Assembly (NCBI RefSeq): GCF_009914755.1
Contig: NC_060947.1
Length of the DNA: 64,000 nt
Direction: 5' to 3' (one strand)
DNA from: the human T2T-CHM13v2.0 reference genome, Homo sapiens
Shown: in pieces, positions 1 to 14,290 of the stretch
How positions within the stretch are numbered: the first letter of the stretch is position 1
How the letters are laid out: every line of letters begins with the position of its first letter
Notes under the pieces: generated by a model
Database searches by the model: none
What the model saw: the letters and a program-made list of their open reading frames with translations, nothing else
What the model was told of the DNA's origin: nothing
Translations under genes and position numbers: made by a program

Positions 1-155
1 GAGTTAGACAAAGCTTATTTTTTTATTTGAGGGAAGGCAGAAAATTATCACACTAGTAAACTGTTTTGTACTTGTACCTAATACAGTTCTAAAGTCTTTA
101 CATTTATTAATTCATTTACTACTGACAACAAACTATAATTAGGCACCATCATTAC

Positions 156-879
156 TGTGGCAGTTTTAAAATATGTCCACAAATTCTTTGATATTTTTTT
201 CTATAAGAGATGGAATTCAATTCTTCTCCCCTGGTGCGTAATCTAGATTTAGTGATTCACTAATAATGAATAAAGTAAGACAGAAATGACACATCTGAGG
301 TTAGGTTAAAAAAAAAAATTTGACTTCTCCTTTGTTATTTCTCTCTTTGAACATTCATTCTGAGATAAGTTAACTGTCATGGCATGAAGACAGTCAAGTT
401 TCCCTTAGGAGAAGCCCAGGTGATAAAGTACTGAGGACTCTTGCCAATTACTATGTGATTGTGTATGAAAACGGATCCTGCAGGCCCAGTCAAGCCTGCA
501 GACGACTGTAGCCTCAACCTTTATCTTGACTTCTATCTCAAGAGTAAAGTGAACAGCTTGCCTCAATTTGCTCAGGACTTTCTTGTGTTTTAGCACTGAA
601 ACTCCTGCATTCCAGGCATCCAGTGTGCATGACCAACTTTTTCCAGTTTAGCAAGGAATATCCCAATTTTAAAATTGAAAGCCCACATTGCTGTAACTCC
701 TTCAGTCCCAGGAACACCAGGAGAGTTGGTCAGCTTTTCATGAGGAATCTTGAGCCAAAATCACACAGCTAAGCTGCTCCCAAATTCCTAACCCATAAAA
801 TGTGTGATATGATAAATGCTGATTGTTTTATACTACTATGCTTTGGGGTAACTTTTACATAGCAACAAATAACCAATCC
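156..879 (+). mobile_element. MaLR solo LTR (MLT1-type, MLT1F/G-like), interrupted by MER81-like pieces
   Basis: Starts TGTGGCAG...CCACAAATTCTTTGA. Ends with the MLT1-type tail CAGCTAAGCTGCTCCCAAATTCCTAACCCA...TTTGGGGTAACTTTTACATAGCAACAAATAACCAAT. Confidence 0.75.
545..736. mobile_element. Two tandem MER81-like (hAT-Blackjack) MITE copies, the first partial
   Basis: TTTGCTCAGGACT..TTTTAGCACTGAAACTCC (about 545-618) and TGACCAAC..TTTTAAAATTGAAAGCCC..CAGTCCCAGG..GTTGGTCA (about 628-736). TGACCAAC/GTTGGTCA are terminal inverted repeats. Confidence 0.65.
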
Positions 880-1814
880 TGTGTCCATTTTACTGTTGAG
901 GATCAGAGGTACACATTACATATTCAGAAAAATTCCCAATTATACAGTTGCTTAGCTTCAATATTTAGTATAAACATGCATGACACTTTATGTGAGTGTG
1001 GATGAGCTACTAGGAAATCATGTCTGTTAAAGTGATACGAAATTTTAAAAATATAAACCACTGATAATTCAGTCCTCAGTAAAGGCCTGGGATTTCAAAG
1101 AGAACAAACAAACAGTACTGGTTTGTTAAACATCAAAACCTTCTGATATCATCAGCCTTTACTACTCAGGAAGTTTATTAATTAGCACAACTTTGAATAA
1201 AATAAGATAGTTTGCTCTCTCCAAGTCATCAATATTTTGAATAACTTACTCCACTCAACAGCTTGTGTCTTCCTTAAGACTACTCATGCAACAAAACGAG
1301 TTACCTATATTTGTGTTTAATGCAATTAAGCTTTCATAATAAGCCTTATTTTCCTGTATTTGGAATAAACAATTACACATACTCAAAGTAGATGCAGATT
1401 TTAGCAGATATTATGTCTTAAAGTAGCCCAATAATGAAGGTTTTACTTGCAACAATAGCATTTATTGCATTGCTTCTATTATTTTATGTTATATATAGGG
1501 CTATAGCCAGAGGCCTTCTAGCACTCAAAGAAATGAGAAAAGCAGCTGCCTTTTAAAATTATGTAGCTGGAAAACTGAAAGTTGAGCATTTCATATTCTC
1601 TCTGTGTGAAAGTTAGATCTGCATTTAAAATTCATTTGTTTTGAATAAGTGATAGAAAAATCTAGTTCACACTTGAATCAATTAGAAAATACAAAAATTA
1701 ATGAAGTTTATTTAGTTTAAATATATATTTTCAGGTAAATGTAATAGCTTTAAGGCTAGATTAAATTGAGCTTGGATGTAAAGTTAATGGCTTCGGGCTT
1801 TGAGTTGAAGTCCA

Positions 1815-1915
1815 GCAATTCCTCAGTCTTGCCTGTACTTCAGAATGACCTAGGAGCTTCAAAAATAAATAATCCAGTACTCTAACCCAGACTCATAATT
1901 CTGAATAGCCGAGGT
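1815..1915. mobile_element. Decayed MER5-like hAT-Charlie fragment
   Basis: CAGAATGACCTAGGAGCTT..AAAAAT..CCCAGAC resembles the MER5A core; highly diverged. Confidence 0.35.
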
Positions 1916-2004
1916 GGCGATTTTTTTGCTTTTAGATTTTTATAGTAACATGATTTAGATTTGATTTTGATTTAGATTTACAGTAACATGATGGAAGTGG
2001 TGAA

Positions 2005-2190
2005 AGTGTTTTAGGAAACTAATTTTAGGCCAATTGTATAAGATGAATTGAAGTGAAGATAGAGTGGGGAGGGAGGAGGCTCTTGAGAGGCAGTGGCAAT
2101 TCCAGTAAGGGGTTTTCTAAGAGATGGTCTTAGGTATTAGATTGCATGTGCCAAGATTAGAATAGTGGTAATGGTGACGGAAAAGAAAAG
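2005..2190 (-). mobile_element. LINE-2 fragment
   Basis: Purine-rich TTTTAGGAAA..GATGAATTG..GAGGCAGTGGCAATTCCAG..GTGGTAATGG pattern typical of antisense L2. Confidence 0.4.
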
Positions 2191-3324
2191 CATGCTACTA
2201 GTATCAGATGTTTCCACATGTTTGTTTCTCACAGCTATTTTTGGTTTGGTTTTATCTTCTCTGGTGTGTTCTTCCTTTAAAGGCCAGATAATGTTAAATT
2301 TACATCTATATTGAATAAACCACAAGAAATTTGAAGTAAGAAATGTCATCCCATCAGCCTGGGTTCTGCTTTCAAGAGCCGTTTAGTCAAAAAAGAAAAA
2401 AAGAAATCCTAAACTTCCTCTGAGATTTGATCCTCAAATCTTACTCTTCCCACCAAAGAAAAATAAGTTAAAAAGGGAGGAAAATTATCAACGAATGCTT
2501 TCTGCAAACCACCAATGCCCAAACAGACAGGAGAAGATAAGCAAGGTCAAGAGAGAAAAGCCTCAAATAAGAGTAGTCATATGTACAAAATAATATTACA
2601 CATCATTCCTGGAGCTGGAGGTATATTAGATGAAAGCATTTTCATTTCATCAAAACAGGAGCAAGCAACCCCAAATCACCTATGGAGTTCCCTTTATGCA
2701 TGTTGATAATGGGTGACAACTTGCTATTCTCTGTATTCAATCAGATATTCTTGGCAAGTGCTCTTTGTACTCAGCCCAATCCTGAACAGTCTTGTCCACA
2801 TGTCAACTAAGGAGATATTTTGATATACAAAAAAAAAATTATCTACCAAAAACAAATAGAATGTATAATTTACTGGAAACAATGATGCACCATAAGCCAA
2901 AGTTGTTTTTGTTTTGTTTTCCACAAAACTAGCTATTTGATATTATTAGTAATAGCATTTTCCTGCTTTTGAATGACTACCTGAACTTCTAAGATGCATT
3001 CAGAATAAATATCCAGGTGAAAGTTAGCTAGATGTATCAGTTGTGGAAAGGATATCTAGAACACTGCTCACCGAGAGGAAAGTTGAAACATCTTTTGTGG
3101 TTTAGGAGGAAAGGGTATATAATATTAACATTAACCTTTGTGTAATTTTACACTGGATTTTCTTGCATATTTGTTCTTATGTTTTCAGAAAGTTATACAA
3201 CATTTATATTTATGAATCAGTTGCAGTAATTTTAATAATAGTGAAAGCAATGATAATAGCAATGGTAATAGTGTCAGGTTATTAAAAACTTATTTTCTGC
3301 CAGCTAGCTTTAGTATTTACATAA

Positions 3325-3756
3325 ACTGTGTGAGAACACAGAGTTTTGTCTGGTTCTTGCTATAATCTCAATGCCTACAACTGTGCCTGGGGCCACATTA
3401 TAAGCTCCATAAATATTGCTTGAATAAATAACCATCTACTATGTGCTCAGCATCGTACTGAGTGCTGGGGATAAAAAAGTAAACAAGAGAAACAAAGTGT
3501 CTGCTTTCATGGAGTGTACAATCTAGCATAATGGTTTCCTCTTGAGTATATGTAGATAAATGAGAAAAATGTACAGGAATGGGTTTAAAACTTGTGTATT
3601 TTATCTTTTTAAAAAATTTGTTCATTGTGTGTTTCTCCCCATTAGAATACAAGTTATATGTGGACTGGGACCTTGTCCATCTTATTCATCAAGTTTCCTT
3701 ATGCATAGAACAGTATCCTGCATATGATACTCAATAAATAGTAGTTGGATGAATGA
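3325..3756. mobile_element. Cluster of three LINE-2 3' ends (+ about 3325-3428, - about 3425-3527, + about 3617-3756)
   Basis: GTGCCTGG..ATAAATATTGCTTGAATAAAT; CTACTATGTGC..GTGCTGGGGATA..CTTTCATGGAG..ACAATCTAG; TCTCCCCATTAGAAT..CTCAATAAATA..GATGAATGA. Confidence 0.65.
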
Positions 3757-3919
3757 CTTCTAAACTTCTGGTAATTCTACCTAAACTGGGTTTAGGTCAT
3801 TTCCTGGACATTTATTAACTTACGAAAGAGATGAAGATATATTAAAGCCAGAGTCAAAAATTTTCTGAGTAAAAATTAAGCACAAAAAAGTGTTGAAAGA
3901 TAGGAGGGAGAATTCAATA

Positions 3920-4180
3920 TAGATAATTGTTTAAAGTGATTGGAAATGATAAGATTATAGAAATGGAGAACAGATTAGAGGGTTCTGGGTGTTGGGGCAA
4001 GATGAGTTGCAGAAAAGTGGGTGTAGCTATAATAATGACACTCATGGGACCCTTGTGACAATGGAATTGTTCTGGATCTTGACTATTTCAATGTCAATAT
4101 CCTAGTTGTGATATAGTAATGAAGGTGTTGCCATTGGGAGAAACTGATTAAACAAACACGAGACCTTCCTGTATTATTTC
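3920..4180 (+). mobile_element. Old L1M (L1MC-type) 3'UTR, split by the young L1 and resuming at 10212-10270
   Basis: ATTATAGAAATGGAGAACAGATTAG..GTCAATATCCTAGTTGTGATAT..CCATTGGGAGAAACTG..TGTATTATTTC, continuing as CTGCAAGTGAGTCTACAATTATCTCAAAA. Confidence 0.75.
4164..4180. repeat. 17-bp target-site duplication of the young L1, copy 1 (copy 2 at 10212-10228)
   Basis: CCTTCCTGTATTATTTC is identical at both flanks. Confidence 0.95.
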
Positions 4181-4397
4181 TTTTTTTTTTTTATTATACT
4201 TTAAGTTTTAGGGTACATGTGCACATTGTGCAGGTTAGTTACATATGTATACATGTGCCATGCTGGTGCGCTGCACCCACTAACTCGTCATCTAGCATTA
4301 GGTATATCTCCCAATGCTACCCCTCCCCCCTCCCCCCACCCCACAACAGTCCCCAGAGTGTGATATTCCCCTTCCTGTGACCATGTGATCTCATTGT

Positions 4398-8252
<3,855 letters not shown>

Positions 8253-8288
8253 TTAGTTGATGCAGTTTCTTCCTAGTCTCGATGGTCT

Positions 8289-9305
8289 TTACATTTTGGC
8301 ATGATTTTGCAGTGGCTGGTACCGGTTGTTCCTTTCCATGTTTAGCGCTTCCTTCAGGAGCTCTTTTAGGGCAGGTCTGGTGGTGAGAAAATCTCTCAGC
8401 ATTTGCTTGTCTGTAAAGTATTTTATTTCTCCTTCACTTATGAAGCTTAGTTTGGCTGGATATGAAATTCTGGGTTTAAAATTCTTTTCTTTAAGAATGT
8501 TGAATATTGGCCCCCACTCTCTTCTGGCTTGTAGGGTTTCTGCCGAGAGATCCGCTGTTAGTCTGATGGGCTTCCCTTTGAGGGTAACCCGACCTTTCTC
8601 TCTGGCTGCCCTTAACATTTTTTCCTTCATTTCAACTTTGGTGAATCTGACAATTATGTGTCTTGGAGTTGCTCTTCTCGAGGAGTATCTTTGTGGCGTT
8701 CTCTGTATTTCCTGAATCTGAACATTGGCCTGCCTTGCTAGATTGGGGAAGTTCCCCTGGATAATATCCTGCAGAGTGTTTTCCAACTTGGTTCCATTCT
8801 CCGCATCACTTTCAGGTACACCAATCAGACGTAGATTTGGTCTTCTCACATAGTCCCATATTTCTTGGAGGCTTTGCTCATTTCTTTTTATTCTTTTTTC
8901 TCTAAACTTCCCTTCTCACTTCATTTCATTCATTTCATCTTCCATTGCTGATACCCTTTCTTCCAGTTGATCGCATCGGCTCCTGAGGCTTCTGCATTCT
9001 TCACATAGTTCTCGAGCCTTGGTTTTCAGCTCCATCAGCTCCTTTAAGCACTTCTCTGTATTGGTTATTCTAGTTATACATTCTTCTAAATTTTTTTCAA
9101 AGTTTTCAACTTCTTTGCCTTTGGTTTGAATGTCCTCCCGTAGCTCAGAGTAATTTGATTGTCTGAAACCTTCTTCTCTCAGCTCGTCAAAGTCATTCTC
9201 CATCCACCTTTGTTCCGTTGCTGGTGAGGAACTGCGTTCCTTTGGAGGAGGAGAGGCGCTCTGCGTTTTAGAGTTTCCAGTTTTTCTGTTCTGTTTTTTC
9301 CCCAT
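8289..9305 (-). pseudogene. LINE-1 ORF1p (338-codon frame) with one premature stop at codon 130
   Basis: MGKKQNRKTGNSK start and QNHAKM end; 1017 nt with no frameshift. TGA at 8916-8918 lies where L1 has Arg (NEMK-R-EGKF). REKG, ARR and YPAKLS motifs are retained. Confidence 0.95.
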
Positions 9306-10211
9306 CTTTGTGGTTTTATCTACTTTTGGTCTTTGATGATGGTGATGTACAGATGGGTTTTTGGTGTGGATGTCCTTTCTGTTTGTTAGTTTTCCTTCTA
9401 ACAGACAGGACCCTCAGCTGCAGGTCTGTTGGAATACCCTGCCGTGTGAGGTGTCAGTGTGCCCCTGCTGGGGGGTGCCTCCCAGTTAGGCTGCTCGGGG
9501 GTCAGGGGTCAGGGACCCACTTGAGGAGGCAGTCTGCCCATTCTCAGATCTCCAGCTGCGTGCTGGGAGAACCACTGCTCTCTTCAAAGCTGTCAGACAG
9601 GGACATTTAAGTCTGCAGAGGTTACTGCTGTCTTTTTGTTTGTCTGTGCCCTGCCCCCAGAGGTGGAGCCTACAGAGGCAGGCAGGCCTCCTTGAGCTGT
9701 GGTGGGCTCCACCCAGTTCGAGCTTCCCGGCTGCTTTGTTTACCTAAGCAAGCCTGGGCAATGGCGGGCTCCCCTCCCCCAGCCTCGCTGCCGCCTTGCA
9801 GTTTGATCTCAGACTGCTGTGCTAGCAATCAGCGAGATTCCGTGGGCGTAGGACCCTCCGAGCCAGGTGTGGGATATAGTCTCGTGGTGCGCCGTTTTTT
9901 AAGCTGGTCTGAAAAGCGCAGTATTCGGGTGGGAGTGACCCGATTTTCCAGGTGCGTCCGTCACCCCTTTCTTTGACTCGGAAAGGGAACTCCCTGACCC
10001 CTTGCGCTTCCCAGGTGAGGTAATGCCTCGCCCTGCTTCGGCTCGTGCACGGTGCGCACACCCACTGGCCTGCGCCCACTGTCTGGCACTCCCTAGTGAG
10101 ATGAACCCGGTACCTCAGATGGAAATGCAGAAATCACCCGTCTTCTGCGTCGCTCATGCTGGGAGCTGTAGACCGGAGCTGTTCCTATTCGGCCATCTTG
10201 GCTCCTCCCCC
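9306..10211 (-). promoter_or_regulatory. L1 5'UTR: CpG-rich internal sense promoter (minus) and antisense promoter (plus), with an intact YY1 site at about 10191-10201
   Basis: The clearest CpG-rich stretch in the window. GGCCATCTTGG corresponds to CCAAGATGGCC. Antisense donor-like CAG|GTGAGG at 10012-10020. Confidence 0.85.
9761..9976 (+). CDS. LINE-1 antisense ORF0 (71 aa)
   Basis: ATG at 9761 in GGCAATGG context, encoding MAGSPPPASLPPCSLISDCCASNQRDSVGVGPSEPG..RHPFL. It lies about 451 nt from the L1 5' end, as described for primate ORF0. Confidence 0.8.
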   Translation: MAGSPPPASLPPCSLISDCCASNQRDSVGVGPSEPGVGYSLVVRRFLSWSEKRSIRVGVTRFSRCVRHPFL

Positions 10212-10327
10212 CCTTCCTGTATTATTTCATATCACTGCAAGTGAGTCTACAATTATCTCAAAAGTAATTATTTAGTTAGAAGTCACTGAAAACGAGTTAG
10301 AAGCAATTCACAAGAAAAAATTTAGTT

Positions 10328-12195
10328 TTTTCAATGTACAAAAATCAGTAGCATTTCTATATACCAACAAGTGTTCAAGCTGATAGTCAAATCAAGAAGA
10401 CAACCCCATTTACAATAGCCACAAAACAAATAATATACCTAGGAATGCATTTAACCAAGGTGGTAAAAGACCTGTACAAGGAGAACTACAAAACATTGGT
10501 TAAAATTAGAAATGACATAAACAAATGGAAAAACACTCCATGATCAAAGATTGGAAGAATCAATATCATTAAAATAGCCATATTGCCCAAAGAAATCTAT
10601 AGATAAAGTGCTACTCCTATCAAACTACCAACATCATTTTTTTACAGATTTAGAAAAACAATTCTAAATTCATATGGAACCAAAAAAATAGCCCAAATAG
10701 CCACAACAATCCTAAGCAAAAAGAACATAGCCAGAGGCATCACATTATCTGACTTCAAATGATATTATTAGTCTACAGTAAAAAAAAAAAAAAAGTATGG
10801 TACTGCTATAAAAACAGATGCATATACTAGTGGAACAGAATAGAGTACTCAGAAATAAAGCTGCACACCTACAATCATCTTTGAAAAACTTGACCAAAAT
10901 TAGCAATGGGGAAGGACTCCCTATTCAATAAATGGTGCTGAGATAGCTGTGTAACCATATGCAGAAGAATGAAACTGGGACCCTACCTTTCACTATAAAA
11001 ATTAACTGAAGATAAATTAAAGATGTAAATGTAAGACCTCAAACTATAACAAATCCTAGAAGAAACCCTGGGAAATACTCTTCTCAGCATCAACCTTGGC
11101 AAAGTGTTTACGGCTAAATCCTCAAAAGCAATCACAACAAAAACAAAAATTGACAAATTGGCTGTTCACAAGCTCTTTAGCTAACTAAGAGATGTTTAGC
11201 TTACTAAGCTAAAGAGCTTCTGCAAAGCAAAATAAACGATCAACAGAGTAAACAGACCACCTACAGAATGGGAGACAATATTTGCAAACTATGCATTTGA
11301 CAAAGGTCTAATATCCAGACTCTATAAGAAACTTAAATAACTCCACAGGCAAAGAATAAAAAACCCTATCAAAAGCGGGCAAACACATGAACAGACACTT
11401 CTCAGAAGAAGACATGCAAGTGGCTAATGAAAATTTAAAAATGCTCAACATCATTAATCATCAGAGAAATATAAATCAAAACAACAAGATAACATTTCAC
11501 ACCAGCCAGAATGGCTATTAATAAAAAGTCAAAAAATAACAGTTGCTAGCCAGCCTGCAGAAAAAAAGAAATGCTTATACACTGTTAGGAATGTGCATTA
11601 GTTCAGCCATTGTGGGAAACATTTTGGTGATTTCTCAAAGAACTTTAAAACAGAACGACCATTCGACCCAGCAATCCCATTACTGGGTGTACACCAGAGG
11701 GAAAATAAATTATTCTACCAAAAAGACACACACACTCATATATTTTCATCTCAATAGCAAAGACATGGACTAAATTTCAGTGACCATAGATGGGGGATTG
11801 GATAAAGAAAATGCTGTACATATACACCAGGGAATATTATACAGCCTCAGCAAGAATGAAATCATGCCCTTTGCAGCAACATGGATGCAACTAGAGGTCA
11901 TTATCCTAAGCAAATTAACACAAGAACAGAAAACCAAATACTGTATGTTCTCACTTATAAGTGGGAGCTAACCATTGGGTTTTCATGGATATAAAGACGG
12001 GAATAATAGACACTGTGAACTATTAGAGGGGAGAGGAAAGAAGGGAGAAAAGAGCTGAAAAACTACCTATTGGGTACTATGCTCACTACCTGGGTGATGG
12101 GATCATTTGTTCTCCAAACCTCAGCATCAAGCAATATTATCATTTAACAAACTTAAACATGTACCCCCTGAATCTAAAATAAAAGTTGCAAAAAT
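10328..12195 (+). mobile_element. 5'-truncated L1 (L1PA16/17-like), decayed ORF2 3' part plus 3'UTR
   Basis: CAAAAATCAGTAGCATTTCTAT start; ORF2 C-terminal peptide [39 protein letters not shown]; 3'UTR CTACCTATTGGGTACTATGCTCACTACCTGGGTGATGGGATC..CTAAAATAAAAG. Confidence 0.88.
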
Positions 12196-13566
12196 AGCTA
12201 CTGGTTCTTTTTAAAAATTTTTTTTAAATGAGACAAAAGTTTTGCTCACCCATAGCATGCTTCACTTCTAACTGTATTTTCAAAGGATTGATAGAGACAT
12301 CTCAGAAGCCCAAGCCAGTAATTACTGACATAAGATAAAGTGGTGTACTACTTAAATATGTGTTTTACCCATCTCTATTGCCATAAAAATATTTCAAAAA
12401 TCCAAAATGTCATGTTTTCAAGTTATTCTCAAAGCCGCTGGCAGTTGTAACTGTTGGTAACATTGATTCTTAGTCTGAAGTCTTTGCTAAACAACTTGAA
12501 CATGGTTTTGGGATTTGGCATGTAGGTCTGTTAGCTCTTTTCAATGATTTTGGATGACATCCAAGCCAACTCATAAATGTAATATTCAGAACATACTCCT
12601 TTTTTTCTCCAGCCTTCTAGTAGCACATAAGTCACGTTTGTGAGGGATGTCTGGATTCTTCCTACCTCTCCACATTTTAAACAAGAAGGCAAGTCAAAAA
12701 TACTGTATGTCCTCTGGAACAACACTTCTATGAGAATTCTGTGGAAAAGGAATACAGTTTTTAAAATCATAGCCTGGTACATAGATCTCCCAGCATTGCA
12801 GTCTTCAACTCCAGAGCAGCAACCTTTTGTGTTTGTTTGGTATCATAGGAAAATAATACTTTACAAACATAAATATCTATCATATCTTGTACCAATGTTG
12901 AGTCCAAACTGTCCACTCTATTGAAATCTTATATAAAAGTTATAAACTAAATTCTCAAGCTCATGTTTTATTTTTTTCATGAGATTAACTCACATAAGTG
13001 ACAACATAATTATACACACAATGTGGTCACTGTAAATAGAGTGTGTGTGAAAGACATTTTAACTCATGAAACCTTTGTGAAACTGTCATATTTGGTAAAT
13101 GTTTAAATATAATCCTGTTATGCTATTTAAAAGCTTCCGTTTATAAATTTGTTATACACACTTACAAAAGTATGCATGTTAATGATTGCTAAGCTGCTTC
13201 AACCTCATTAAATTCAGAATTCTTTTCCAATTGGTACGAACATAGCATATTTCATAATTTTATAAACTAGTTATACTACCTGTAGTACAAATTAACCCCT
13301 TGATAATTGTGTTTTTCTTTTCATATAGCTGCTCGACAACCATTATTCTTAAACCTCCTTTTCCAAATATAAATAAATTTATATTGAATATAAAAGTATG
13401 TAAAACATAGAAAAAAATGCAAAATCATAGGTAGTGCCATTAAACAAGGACAGCTATTTAGCTTTTTAATTACTGCTATATACATTTATATACACATATT
13501 TTCTGTATATAATATTTTTTGCATTTTGATGAAATAGATTGGATTCACATTTCTTTTTGCTTTTCA

Positions 13567-13790
13567 TTCCCTAGCTGTGTGACTTTTCGACAAGTCATTT
13601 AAGCTCTCTGTGCTTTATTCTTCTCATCCGTAAGGTTAGAAAAATATCATCTACTTCTCCATATAATCGTGAAGATTAAATGAAATGATCCATGCCTGGC
13701 TTTGAGTAAGAACTCAATGAATACTTAGCTGCTATTACCACTGGTACTACTAATAATACCATCACCAGTACCACCACCACCACTACTACG
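13567..13790 (+). mobile_element. MIR SINE with an ACT/ACC triplet-rich tail
   Basis: TAGCTGTGTGAC..AAGTCATTTAAGCTCTCTGTG..CTCATC MIR core. Confidence 0.75.
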
Positions 13791-14231
13791 TGCTTTTGTG
13801 TTCTGCAATTATTTACTTTAAAGTTATTATAACAAACATTTCCCCAGTTTATCAGGAACTTTGTATGAACCATTTGAGGGCTGCATACAGATGTATTTAA
13901 TTTGCTTTAGCATTCTTGCTTGTATCTTTTATAAACAACACCTTGATGAACCTCTTTGGACATAAAACATTTAAAGTTTTTTTTTATTTTTAAAATAATC
14001 CATAACCCATTCCATCTAGTGGCGGTCTCAATTGCTTTAATTCATTGCTGAGTTATATAGATTATATGGATTTTTGTTATCTGACCTTGGAAACTATATT
14101 ATTTTTATATAGGAAAAATAATTCTACATTTCAATTACTAAAGTAAACAATGCCTTTGGAAACTAATTACTTTATAAAGTGGTGATTGCATATAGGTATG
14201 AGTTTTGTCTTCATGTTTGCACATACATGCA

Positions 14232-14290
14232 TATCATTCTATTTATCTATATCAATAAGTATCTATTTATCTGTCTATATCTCTATTCAC
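14232..14290. repeat. Degenerate (CTAT)n simple repeat
   Basis: CTATTTATCTATATC..TATCTATTTATCTGTCTATATCTCTATT. Confidence 0.5.
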
